A stretch of 47,073 nt of DNA. It comes from Octopus bimaculoides. Its lineage: Eukaryota. The notes beneath the pieces were generated by a model. It made no database searches and had not been told where the DNA came from. It saw only the letters and a list, made by a program, of their open reading frames with translations. The position numbers and the translations under genes are program-made. How positions within the stretch are numbered: the stretch's first letter is position 1; the number at the start of each line of letters is the position of its first letter. Shown here in pieces: positions 1 through 11,674 of this stretch. The stretch lies in assembly GCF_001194135.2 (NCBI RefSeq), contig NC_068983.1:111665988-111713060 (forward strand), written 5' to 3'.

Positions 1-69
1 AAATATGTATGAGTATATATATACATGCATGTATGTATATATATTGCAATATTTGTTTTAGCGTGGGTA

Positions 70-290
70 GTGGATATGCAGAACTGTCATAACATTTGAC
101 AAAATGCCTTGCTTTATCTGATTCAGCTCTTTATGTTCTTCTGAGTTCAAATCTAGCCAAGGTCAATTTTGATTTTCATATCCTCAGTGTTAATTAAATA
201 TAGCTCCAGTCAAGAACTAAAGTCAATGCCATTGACTAACAGCCTCCCTTCAAAATTGCTAGTCATGTTCCTGAATTAGAAACAATTACA
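70..290 (+). mobile_element. Degenerate tRNA-derived SINE, family B
   Basis: ttctgagttcaaatctagccaaggtcaattttgattttcat matches the core of the cleaner copy at 2408-2640 (ttctgagttcaaattccgccgaggtcaactttgcctttcat). Confidence 0.6.
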
Positions 291-299
291 ATTACTATC

Positions 300-770
300 G
301 AAATCAAGTTAAATTTGATGACTGGCACCCATGCCAACATTGTCTCCTTCATTGGACACGAAACTCAGCTTGCAAAGACTTATTGGGGCAAGCGAAAGCG
401 AAATTGTGATGGCACCTGTGCCCAGCGTCGCCTTTCTGGCACTTGTGCCCACGGCATATGTAAGGACTTTCGAGCAAAGTCGTTGCCAGTGCCCCTGGAC
501 TGGCTCTTGTGCGGGTGGCAAATAAAATACACCATTTTCAGCGTGGCCGTTGCCAGTACCGCCTGACTGGCCTTCATGCCAGTGGCACATAAAAGCACCC
601 TCTACACTCTCTGAGTGGTTGGCGTTAGTAAGAGCATCCAGCTGTAGAAACTCTGCCAAATCAGATTGGAGCCTGGTGTAGCCATCTGGTTTCACCAGTC
701 CTCAGTCAAATCGTCCAACCCATGCTAGCATGGAAAACGGACGTTAAACGATGATGATGATGATGATGAT
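300..770 (+). mobile_element. RTE-type LINE 3' region with ~60-nt repeat units and (GAT)n tail
   Basis: Ends ccaacccatgctagcatggaaaacggacgttaaacgatgatgatg. The same 3' sequence follows RTE ORF C-termini at 8680-8812 and 35000-35150. Confidence 0.75.
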
Positions 771-780
771 TTATATCGAA

Positions 781-987
781 TTCAAATTTTGGCACAAGGC
801 CAGCAATTGCAAGGGAGAAAGTAAGTCAATCACAACAACCCCAGTGTTTAACTAGTACTTAATTTTATCGACCCTGAAGGAATGAAAGGCAAAATCTATC
901 ATGGTGGTATTTGAACTCAGAATATGAAGAGGGATGAAATGCCACTAAGCATTTGCTCAGTATACTGACAATTCTGCCAAGCTCACC
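781..987 (-). mobile_element. tRNA-derived SINE, family B
   Basis: Reverse complement of the family B core (tttgaactcagaa, gaaaggcaaa, tagtactt, ttctgccaagctcacc). Confidence 0.7.
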
Positions 988-1039
988 AACTTAATTGGTA
1001 TTTTTATTAAACCACTTTTTCTCAGTTGGTAAATAAGGT

Positions 1040-1485
1040 TTTGATGAAATGACATTCAAACTCCTCTTTAGCATCTCATCATGTTTGCTTCTTGTATTTA
1101 TGCATTTAACTTAGCTTGTCTTCAACTGCTCTACTTCAGATGCTGTTTGGATGTTCAGACTATTATTTACCAGATGGTGCCCATCTAAATGCCATATTTG
1201 GTATTTTGCTCTTGTCCTATCTGAGTATGTGGGCTAGATATCTGAACTGCTGGTGTTTTATCTCAAAGATAACATTATTGCAAGTATTATGATAGATCTA
1301 ATCATCTGCTTCCATCCTCCAAATTTGTGAATATATGGAACAACAGCAGCAAATATAATCACAAGTCCACTGTGCATCAGTGAGCGAATCAGTACACCTC
1401 AGTCAGGTAAAGAAGGACCACATCTATGATCTTTGCAAATGGTGAAGCTGACACAACTGATGCTCAGTATGAGCATCATCATCAG
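1040..1485 (-). mobile_element. RTE-type LINE fragment (RT C-terminal region, decayed)
   Basis: The minus strand reads QQFRYLAHILR*DKSKIPNMAFRWAPSGK, matching the RTE LRWLGHVLRM...WxPxGKR motif. Confidence 0.65.
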
Positions 1486-1509
1486 TTTGAACATCTCTAG
1501 CAGTTGAGA

Positions 1510-1560
1510 GTCCATCACTGACAGGACGAAGGAAGGTTGAAATCATGTGATCTGGTGGTC
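1510..1560 (+). ncRNA. Minimal type I hammerhead ribozyme, degenerate copy 1
   Basis: ccatca-CTGACAG-gacg aaggaa ggtt-GAAA-tca tg tga-TC-tggtgg. Stem I ccatca/tggtgg and stem III atca/tgat form, with AUC cleavage triplet at 1550-1552. The core reads CUGACAG instead of CUGANGA, and stem II is imperfect. Confidence 0.7.
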
Positions 1561-1863
1561 TTGGTGCTGGAGATGATGGGGATTAACCTCCTTGTTAGCA
1601 GTATAAACAAGAGTGCACTCTGCACCAAAAGCTAATATGAGAGTTTTTCTCATGGCAAATACTGTAGTATAGTTTGTTCAAACAGAACATCCACATTTAA
1701 GTGGAGATAAATATTAACTCCCAGTATTAATACTGCCTCTGTTGCTTACATATATTTTTTTTAACAAGATAGCAGGCTAATCCTGATATGACACTGTTCT
1801 GCCACTGTTTTTCTGTATATAGCTGGTGGGGAGATGAGTCACTGCTATCTCTAGTGGTCGAGT

Positions 1864-1914
1864 GACCATCACTGATGAAACTAAGCAAAGTTAAAATCAG
1901 GTGATCTGGTCGTC
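1864..1914 (+). ncRNA. Minimal type I hammerhead ribozyme, degenerate copy 2
   Basis: gaccatca-CTGATGA-aact aagcaa agtt-AAAA-tca gg tga-TC-tggtcgtc. It has a perfect CUGAUGA, a perfect 4-bp stem II, stem III and an 8-position stem I with one mismatch. GAAA is changed to AAAA (G12A). Confidence 0.75.
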
Positions 1915-2407
1915 TCAGTGTTGGAGATGATAGAAATTCATCTCCCTGTGAATTATATAAACAAGACTGCCTTTTGTACCAAAAGCCAATATGAGAGTTT
2001 CTCCCATGGTAACTATCACAGTATTATTTTTTTCTAACAGGACATCCCCATTTAAGTGGGGATAAATATTACCTCTTGGTTTTAATAATGCCCCTGTTGC
2101 TAATAAATATCATCAATATCCACTTTTCCATGCTTGTATGGGTCAGGTGGAATTCCTTGAAGCAGGTTTCCTACAGTCAGATATACCCTTCCTGTTGCCA
2201 AAGTAATATTTTCCTATGGCTGAGCATGTTTTCATTAAAGATTGGAAGCACAGAACACTACTGGTGCAATGGTGACACTTGCTTACCCTGTTGTGTGATA
2301 TAATGACAAGGGGATACACACACACACATCAATGTGCACACATATGCATGCACAGACATACAACACATGCATGCACACAGGCACATACACACATACACTC
2401 ACACTTA

Positions 2408-2640
2408 AGGCAGCGAGCTCACAGAAACGTTAGCATGCCGGGCGAAATGCTTAGCGGTATTTCGTCTGCCGCTACGTTCTGAGTTCAAATTCCGCCGAGG
2501 TCAACTTTGCCTTTCATCTTTTCAGGGTCGATTAAATAAGTACCAGTTACACACTAGGGTCGGTATTATCGACTTAATCCGTTTCTCTGTCCTTGTTTGT
2601 CCCCTCTGTGTGTAGTCCCTTGTGGGTAGTAAAGAAATAA
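2408..2640 (+). mobile_element. tRNA-derived SINE, family B (well preserved)
   Basis: ggcagcgagctcacagaaacgttagcatgccgggcgaaatgc...gagttcaaattcc (B-box-like). Multiple homologous copies lie in the window. Confidence 0.85.
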
Positions 2641-3059
2641 CACACATACATTCATACATGCACACACACACTCACACACACACATAAACTGGGTTTCTTC
2701 TCACTCTACCAAATTCTCTCTTCATCAGAGGTCCAATATTTACCTCTAATAGGAGAAATAGCCTCCTTCCTATACAAAATGTAAACTCATGCCTATTGAC
2801 TTGTTTGGTCCAGTTTCTGCTCTTACCTGTTTATGACAGCAGTAGCGCTGTCCCACATATGGGAGTAATATTTTAATGTGAGAAGCACTTGCATTTAGTA
2901 GGAAGTTATTAACTGGTGCTGACTGAAACGTTTCCTGTCTCAGTTGATGAAGACTAGTCTTTGAGATGAAGTTTGATATGTTGTGGATACGAGATGGCTA
3001 GGATAGTTGATCAGTGTTTGAGAGGCCAAGCACTTGTAAACTTTGTGGGTTGTATAAAA

Positions 3060-3520
3060 AAATTAAGATATCAAGTAAAAAATATAAATAAATCAGATAC
3101 CGCCTACCAAAAATATTAAAAATTTCATCATCCAATAAAGATGATTGTTTTCTTTTTTATTTTCTTTACCAATTTACCTTAATTTTTTTAGATTCTAAAT
3201 TACAATTCTTTTCAAAGGAAGAGAAAGAAAAATTCTAAAAAATTAAAATAATAGCCTATAATAAATTTCACTATAACAAACATAGATAATTAAAAATATA
3301 ATAAAACAATCTCAGTTCAAAAAAGATATTGAAGCAAACATGAATATCATCCAATAGCAAAATAAAATAATATTAAATAATAAATAAATAACAATTTTCT
3401 CTTGAATAATAACTTCGTTAATGAGGTATTAGAGCTAAGCGCTAATAAACAGCAAGAGTTAATTCCCTTTGATATATTTTGGTGGTGTAATGAATCAATG
3501 GATCTGGTCTCCTTCCACTT
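3060..3520 (+). mobile_element. Possible L1/Tx1-type LINE ORF2 C-terminal relic
   Basis: Broken frames IIAYNKFHYNKHR and NNFVNEVLELSANKQQELIPFDIFWW resemble L1/Tx1 C-termini and are followed by (TAT)n and A-rich tracts. The similarity is weak and judged by eye. Confidence 0.3.
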
Positions 3521-3879
3521 TTACTATCATTATTATTATTATTGTTATTATTATTATACACACCCAGTTTTATATCAGTTGTTTGCCTTTATTTTTGTTG
3601 TACTAATTTTTTATAGGTTTTATTGTACTTTTCCTTCTTTTGCTCCTTTCTACTGCTCAGTCTTCTACTGCTGCTGCTACAGTTGTTTTGAGGTTTTTTT
3701 TGTTTTTTGGTTTTTTGCAATATGTGTAAAAAAAAAAAAGACAAAACTCACATAAAGGCACACAACAACAACAAAAACATAACAAGGTTTTTGATATTAA
3801 AAAATCCCAAATAATATTAAACCAACCTCACATTACTGTAGAATTGTCTGACTAATGTCTAACGTTACTTTGCAAAGTG

Positions 3880-4195
3880 TGTGTGTATGTTGTGTGTGCG
3901 TGTGTGTGTGTGTGCGTGTGTGTGCACGCGCATGTATTTGCATGTGTGCATGCCTGTGCCTTGTGTTGTGTATGTGTCTGAACATGTCAGTGAATTTATG
4001 TTATATTTCTGTGTATGCATAATTGCTTTTGGATATAAATGTCTGTGCATGTGCATGTGTTTCAAGTATGCGTGTTGTATATGTGTGCATGTGAGGTGGC
4101 ATAGGTGTGTGTGTGCGTGTGTGCGTGTATGTATGTGCATATATACATATATGTGTGTGTGTGTGTGTGTGTGTAAGTCTGTATGTATGTATAGA

Positions 4196-4253
<58 letters not shown>

Positions 4254-4920
4254 CATACACACATACACACATATATATACACACATACACATATATATCT
4301 GCATGTATGTGTGTGTGTATGGATATGTTTGTTTTCCATGCTGTTGAATTGTCCAACCCATGCCAGCATGGAAAACGAACTTTAAAGGATGATGGAGATG
4401 ATGATGATACATACATATATATGTATGTGTGTGTTCTTAATGCTATATGTGTTTATTATGCGATACTTATATACATGTGTGCATGTTTGCTATATCTCTA
4501 TGTTTGTTGTGTGACATACCTGTATATGTTATATGATATGTATGTATTCATTATGTGATATATGCATGTGTGTTATGTAATATCTATGTATGTTATGTAT
4601 ATGTGCCTGTTGTGTAATATATATGTGTATTATGTTATGCAATATGTACACTCTGTGTAGTATATGTATTTGTTATGTAATAGATGTGTGCTTGTAAGAG
4701 AATCTGCATTTATTAATGAATATTATTTTGTATGTTTATCTCTATTATGCAGATAAGTGCATGTGTACAAGCAACTGTATATGTATGTTAATATTAGTAT
4801 GCGTACATAGTTACATTTGGATATAGCTGTCAAGTATGTATGTGTGCGTGTGTGTGTGTCTGTGTACGTGTGTGTGTGTGTTATGTATATTAGTGTGTTT
4901 AATGGATGTAGCAAGTGTGT
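3880..4920. repeat. Compound degenerate (TG)n/(TA)n microsatellite region
   Basis: Directly visible dinucleotide tracts, including (TA)n at about 4205-4247. Confidence 0.9.
4336..4408 (+). mobile_element. Short 5'-truncated RTE 3' end
   Basis: tccaacccatgccagcatggaaaacgaactttaaaggatgatggagatgatgatgat. Confidence 0.65.
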
Positions 4921-4928
4921 GTGCTTAT

Positions 4929-5399
4929 TCTCTCTTTTACTCTTTTACTTGTTTTAGTCATTTGACTGCGGCCATGCTGGAGCACCGCCTTTAGTCGAGC
5001 AAATCGACCCCAGGACTTATTCTTTGGATGCCTAGTACTTATTCTATCGTCTCTTTTGCCCAACCGCTAAGTTACGGGGACTCGAACACACAAACATATA
5101 CACACACCTAAATACATANNNNNNNNNNNNNNNNNNNNNNNNNNNNNNNNNNNNNNNNNNNNNNNNNNNNNNNNNNNNNNNNNNNNNNNNNNNNNNNNNN
5201 NNNNNNNNNNNNNNNNNNNNNNNNNNNNNNNATATATGACGGGCTTCTTTCAGTTTCCTTCTACCAAATCCACTCACAAGGCTTTGGTCGGCCCGAGGCT
5301 ATAGTAGAAGACACTTGTCCGAGGTGCAAAACAGTGGGAATGAACCTGGAACCATGTGGTTGATAAGCAAGCTATTTACCACACAGCCACTCCAGCGTC
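4929..5399 (-). mobile_element. tRNA-derived SINE, family A, with internal microsatellite and gap
   Basis: Reverse complement of the family A head (ggagtggctgtgtggtaa...ggttcca) and tail (gactgaaacaagtaaaagag). The N gap 5119-5231 lies in the internal microsatellite. Confidence 0.9.
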
Positions 5400-5679
5400 T
5401 TGTTAACTTATTGCTGTCGTTTAGCCCCAGGTCAATCATGACTGAGCAAATCCATGATCAGAAGCATTCCAACCATGACCAGTCTTTTCCCTGAGTAGAG
5501 AAAAAGAAACTCCAAAACAGAACTACATCATCCAATGTGTTCTTTTTGTTAAGGAGGTAAAGGTGTGATATGAGTGAGATTTGACTGCTATTTCTAGTAG
5601 GTTAGTAACCACACAGACAAAAGTTCCCTACTGAGCTCTTCTGTGCTCGTGTAACTTAATAAGATGTATGAGGAGGAGG

Positions 5680-5936
5680 GTAAGTACAAACGTGAGTGCA
5701 AGCATGAATGTAAGACTGTATGTAACATGGTTGACTGAGAATATATATATGTATGCACATAAACATGTACATGTGTGCATGTGTGTGCATGCACGTGTCT
5801 ACCTATATGTGTGCATGTAAATGTGAAGATATTTTGAGACGTGTACAAGTGATGGTGGGAGATGCCTGTATGCAATGTAATTCTAAAATGATGTGCATCA
5901 CTCTGTACATGTCTGTTTATATATACATGCACACAT

Positions 5937-5969
<33 letters not shown>

Positions 5970-6016
5970 CTAGCATGGAACGCAGACATTAAACGATGAT
6001 GATGATGATGATGATG

Positions 6017-6074
<58 letters not shown>

Positions 6075-6739
6075 CATACAAACATGCATGCATGCATACA
6101 TACACACACACATACATACAAGCATATATACATAAACACATACACATAGACACATATACTGACAAATATCCAATGTTTATATATATGCACCTATATACAT
6201 ATATATATGCATGTATGTATGTATAACTGTGCCTATTTGTATGCATGCATGTTCTATGTGTATGTGTATGTTTTCATATAGACTTGTTGGTACAAGGGCA
6301 AGCATGTATGTGTGAGATGTATCTTGCATTATCATACCACTATGTGCATAACTGTGCACCTGCATCTGTCTGCATATTTATGTAGAGATGCATTGATGAA
6401 AATGCAAGTGTGTGATGCATATGTCTATGCAGTATCATACAAATGTCTCTATAATTGTGTGTATGCACAATGTGCTAGTGCGCATATATGCATGAGCCTA
6501 TGAGGAAATATACAGGGTGCATATGGTGCATATATGTGTATAGATGTGTATATGCAATATCCTGCTGTGTACATAATTTCTGTGAGTATGTATATGTGCA
6601 TGCGTATACATAGATTTAAGTGTGTGTATATGATATAATACATGCATTTTATAATACCACATGAGAGAGTAAATATTTGTATGCATGTGTGTGCATGCAC
6701 GTGTGTGCATGCATGTGTGTGCATCTCTGTGCGTGTGTG

Positions 6740-6776
<37 letters not shown>

Positions 6777-7705
6777 ATAAGCTTCTGTTTTATTTCATTT
6801 CTTTCAGAGAAATCTGGTGTTTTTACAATGCTGAAATAAGAAGACGCATTAATGGAAGGATAATAGCCTGTTAGAACTATGGGTGCTGTATTCACTTTAT
6901 TTCTTTTCAACTTTCTGTCTTTCTCTATTATATGGCATTGTGTAGCTGTGATGTGATATTGGCACTTTCATCGTATTGCTGCACTATTTCTGTTCTCAAC
7001 TATATAATTCATGACACAAGACTATTCAAAGAAGTCGAATATGACTTTGAAATCAAAGGAACAAAACAATAATAAACTTATCATTTGACATCATCAAAAC
7101 ATTGGATATCTGTCAGTATCTGTGTCTATGTGTATGTGTTTATGCACATATATGCTTGTATGTGCGTGTATCTCTGTATGCATGTTTGTATGCATATGTA
7201 TGGTTGTATGTATGTAGATATGTATATAAGTATGTATGTGTGTATGTATGCATATATGTGCGTATACATGTTTACATGTATGTATGCATGTGCATATGTA
7301 TGTGTTTATTCATATATGTATATGTGTATGCGCTTGTATGTATGTGTATATAGATGTAAGTGTATATATGTATGTATATAAGTATGTAAGTATGTATGTA
7401 TATGTATATGTATGTATGCATTGGTTTATGCATGTATGCATGTTTGTGTGTACATGTGCATTTTTGTATGTATGAATGTGTGTGCGTGCGTGTGGGTGTG
7501 TGCGTGCGTGTGTGTGTGTGTGTGTGTATGGACAGACAGACAGACAGATTGAAAACAGAGACACACAGACAGACAGATAGATACATGGACAAATGGATGA
7601 AATATGAGAACCATTGCACTTGAATAAAAAAAAATATTTTATATTTGTAAACATTAGTGCTATCCCACTATCTTAAAGATAATATTTCAACACTTATATA
7701 GCTAC

Positions 7706-7746
<41 letters not shown>

Positions 7747-8118
7747 CACACATATATATATACATTTATACATATATACATACATATATATACACACACA
7801 GACATATACATAATACCCTACTACTGTGTACCTAAGTGTGCACTTGCATCTGTTTTTATGGGTATATTGAGGTGTATTGCAGTAAATGCAAGTATGTGTG
7901 ATGCATATATGCATGCAGTATCATAAAAGTGTCTGGTTTATTCAGTGTATGCACAATGTGCCTGTGTGTATATATATTACACATGTGTATGTGTGTATAC
8001 ATATGCATGTGACTGTGTATGCATTTGTATGCACATACACACAGATATGCAAACAAAATATATGTATACACACATACACACTCATACATAGATAGATACA
8101 TACATACATTTATATATA

Positions 8119-8162
<44 letters not shown>
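5680..8162. repeat. Large degenerate (TG/TA/CA)n microsatellite field with embedded complex repeats
   Basis: Visible tracts, plus an RTE 3' stub with (GAT)n at about 5969-6021. Confidence 0.85.
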
Positions 8163-8492
8163 NNNNNNNNNNNNNNNNNNNNNNNNNNNNNNNNNNNNNN
8201 NNNNNNNNNNNNNNNNNNNNNNNNNNNNNNNNNNNNNNNNNNNNNNNNNNNNNNNNNNNNNNNNNNNNNNNNNNNNNNNNNNNNNNNNNNNNNNNNNNNN
8301 NNNNNNNNNNNNNNNNNNNNNNNNNNNNNNNNNNNNNNNNNNNNNNNNNNNNNNNNNNNNNNNNNNNNNNNNNNNNNNNNNNNNNNNNNNNNNNNNNNNN
8401 NNNNNNNNNNNNNNNNNNNNNNNNNNNNNNNNNNNNNNNNNNNNNNNNNNNNNNNNNNNNNNNNNNNNNNNNNNNNNNNNNNNNNNNNNNNN

Positions 8493-8812
8493 TGCACGAA
8501 AACGGCCACGCTCAAAATGGTGTCTTTTATGTGCCACCCGCACAAGAGCCAGTCCAGGGGCACTGGCAATGATCTCGCTCGAAAACCCTACAAGGCCAGT
8601 CAGGCGGTACTGGCAACAGTCACGCTCAGGATGGTACATCTTATGTGCCACCCACACAAGAGCCAGTCCAGGGGCCCTGGCAACGATCTCACTTGGCTTG
8701 CCGGGTCTTCTCACGCACAGCACATTTCCAAAGGTCTCGGTCAGTAGTCATCGCCTCGGTGAGGCCCAATGTTCGAAGGTATTGCCTCACCACCTCAGCC
8801 CAGTAGTTGCCC
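8493..8812 (-). mobile_element. RTE-type LINE ORF C-terminus plus start of 3' UTR repeats
   Basis: The minus strand gives WAEVVRQYLRTLGLTEAMTTDRDLWKCAVREKTRQAK*, followed by units matching 480-590 in reverse complement. Confidence 0.85.
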
Positions 8813-8829
8813 TACTGATGTGAATATCT

Positions 8830-10060
8830 CTTCAAAAATCAAAGAGAAGGAGGATAACTAAAAACATCTGCTTTGAGACTTTCTACGCCCAGCTTCTATA
8901 CCCAAATTATAAATTCACATCTATACCAATAATAATTGGTTTTACTCATTTTAGGAAGTAAATGCCAAAGTAACTATCTTGAAAGGCTGAAGTTTTCAGA
9001 AAAGTGGAATCAGTTAGCTAACCTATGCATTAGAAATACAATCTGTAAGCAGAACAGTAAAAATAGGCAAGACCTCTGAAGCTCAAAATGTAAATCTGTT
9101 TTTCTTCTCTATGTTATTTCCCCTTATCTTATTTAGGAGTATATCAATTATTCTAAGAGCACCAGCAAATAGTATAGATGTTTCAGCAATTATAGAGAAT
9201 CTTGGAGGATATACTTAGTCAAAGGAAGGAGTTTTCACAGAGAATGTTGATGGATCCAGATAATGATAGAAAGTCTAAATCTGTTCTCACAAATCTCACA
9301 AAACTATTCCTATGATTACAAAGCAGAAAACAGTTTTCCTCATTGCTTCAAGCAGCCAATAAGCATATTATACAAATATGTTTTACCAGATCCTCCAAGA
9401 ACATCAATGAAAAAGAATCTGTGATCTGTAATGCCAACGTTGACTGCAGTGCTAATACATTGAAATATTTCTTGCTGTATATAATTCGTGCTACTGTGTC
9501 TTTCTTTGAACTAGTTTGAGTAATTGTTTTGCTGCTGGTTGAAAGAATGTAAAATAATTCCAGCATTCAATAATTCTTCAATGACTTTTAAGCATTGTTT
9601 TGTTGCTGGTTTCAAAGAATCTTCTTCGGTAATGTAATCTTTTATACTGCTATATTTAAACTGTTGATAAATTTGCACTGGGACTTTTGGATTATTTACT
9701 GAGACTATTAAGGTAAAAAAAAAAAAAAAGAAATAGCTGATATGAGTTAGAAAAAGTTCAGAGGAAATTTCAGTCATACATTTAAGCTATTCATTGTCAC
9801 TACTTGTTAAATTTCATTGATCTGCAGCCACTTTAAACTTCTAGCATAGAAAACTCTATACACTGTCCACTGACAATCAGTGCTAGTTACACCTTTCACA
9901 TTCAATAATGAAATTCTGAAATGGAAGCATTCAGATGCTGAAAAATTGACACTATATATACTTGGATTAGTTTTACTAATGCTGTGGATTATTGTCAAAA
10001 ACAATGATGTAGAATAGATAGAGTAAGACTTGTGCACAAACATTTTGCTGATTCAAGAAA
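8830..10060 (-). mobile_element. Helitron Rep/Pif1-helicase coding fragment (pseudogenised)
   Basis: Minus-strand motifs occur in canonical order: SIYSVNFSASECFHFRISLLNVKGVTS (~9880-9960), TNYIQQEIFQCISTAVN...FFFIDVLGGSGKTYLYN (Walker A, 9379-9396), IIAETSILFAGALRIID (Walker B remnant, ~9143-9193) and a VLPI motif IV remnant (~9065-9080). Confidence 0.88.
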
Positions 10061-10129
10061 ATCTATGCTGTCAAGTGTGTTTTTTTTTTCTATCATAAGC
10101 TTCTAATACTCATCTCTCATGTCTTTCAG

Positions 10130-10179
10130 TGAAGTACACTCTTTGTTCTCTTTCCAAATGCCCTATTATTCAAATAATG
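10130..10179 (+). CDS. Candidate internal exon E0 of an unknown gene
   Basis: catctctcatgtctttcag|...atg|gtgagt. It is 50 nt, and the frame xKYTLCSLSKCPIIQIM is open into E1. Confidence 0.3.
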
Positions 10180-10577
10180 GTGAGTGATTTGTTGCTTACT
10201 GCCATCTACATAGTATATGGTCATCAGCGCATATATGTGTCTGAATAACTGCTGTAAGCATGAGTGTATTTGTGTGTATGTATCTTTCAGTGGAATGTAA
10301 ACATCACAAGATATACATACATGCACACACATGCATATATATACATACATACTTACATATATATATGTGTGTGTATGTATGTGTATGTNNNNNNNNNNNN
10401 NNNNNNNNNNNNNNNNNNNNNNNNNNNNNNNNNNNNNNNNNNNNNNNNNNNNNNNNNNNNNNNNNNNNNNNNNNNNNNNNNNNNNNNNNNNNNNNNNNNN
10501 NNNNNNNNNNNNNNNNNNNNNNNNNNNNNNNNNNNNNNNNNNNNNNNNNNNNNNNNNNNNNNNNNNNNNNNNNNNNN

Positions 10578-10622
<45 letters not shown>

Positions 10623-11337
10623 TATATAAACATACATATATTTACATACATGTATATATATACATATATACATACATGTACACACTCACACACACATATA
10701 TATATGTATACACTCATGAATATACTTATGCAAATATGTGTATAGGCTTAGCATAATTTCTTATGCTCAAACTGGGCTGATGTTCAAATCATAGTCATCA
10801 AATGGGACAATCTTCAAATTATAGGAGTCATATGTATAATTTCCCTTATGTGCAATGTGTATCCTTTTCCTCTTCTATAATAAGATTGTGATCTTCAAAC
10901 AGATAGGAAGTGAGAGCATAGTTACTTACCTATTCATTATTTATAAGAAATAAGGTAGGAAATCTTCTACAAATTATATAGCATATTTTGAATTGCAGGA
11001 GTAAGTCATTTTTAATCCCAGAATACAGGGATAAACAAAATGCTTATGAACAGCAATACCTACCTCTTTGTGTCTTGGGAGTCAAGATATTTTCTTCAAT
11101 TTTCTCATGATTGTCTGTCACCAATGACATTGGCTTTCTTCAAAGGTGTCAAGTTGTACAACTGAATTGTATCTTACCTACAGACTTTCTGAAGAATTAA
11201 CATTCCTCAAAACTTCTTCCCAAATTTTTCTAGTTATATTCTTGCAACTAAACACGATATCAAACCCCAAACAGAGCCTAGTTTAGTTTCAAGACTATAG
11301 TTTCAATGATTGAAGTTTTCCCATCTTTTTCCAACAG

Positions 11338-11378
11338 AATTTGAATGACAGAGGCCTTACAAAATGTTCATTAAATAG
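11338..11378 (+). CDS. Candidate internal exon E1
   Basis: cccatctttttccaacag|...ag|gtaaga. It is 41 nt, with a single open frame NLNDRGLTKCSLN. Confidence 0.33.
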
Positions 11379-11674
11379 GTAAGAATCTTTACAAATATGT
11401 TTTGCTTTGCTATAATCTTTATGAGGAATTGGTTCCACCATCCTAACTTCCTTTAAATATATTTCCTGTAGATAAATTCTTTAGTGTTTTCCAAGAGACC
11501 CAAATATTTGGGGAAATTGAATTTAAAATTATTCTAGTGGAATGAACTTTATGACATTATAATGCTTCATTATGTCTTCTCCATAGAGGTTTGAAACTCG
11601 AAAACAAAAAGAAAAATAAGCTACCAAAATAAGTCTACAACAAAAGCGAAAATTATATAACTTGCTGTTTATAG

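Larger units (their letters stand above)
1493..2102 (+). repeat. Diverged tandem duplication, two ~255-bp colinear units with 354-bp period (retrozyme or Penelope pLTR-like)
   Basis: 1493-1747 aligns colinearly with 1847-2102 (shared atctctag, ccatcactga, gtgatctggt, ggagatgat, tataaacaag, ccaaaagc, atatgagagttt, catttaagtgg, ctgttgct). The gatc anchors at 1549 and 1903 give the 354-bp period. Confidence 0.9.

Noticed and set aside
2700-2990. Hammerhead-like words (cttcatcag at ~2724; gaaacgtttcctgtctcag at ~2926)
   Set aside because: No stem II or stem I can be formed, so the motifs are too degenerate to support.
3060-3400. Possible mitochondrial insertion (very AT-rich, strand-skewed)
   Set aside because: I could not recognise any mitochondrial protein, rRNA or tRNA motif.
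6785-6875. Strong splice acceptor at 6807
   Set aside because: All three frames hit stops and there is no convincing donor. It cannot be linked to the exon chain.
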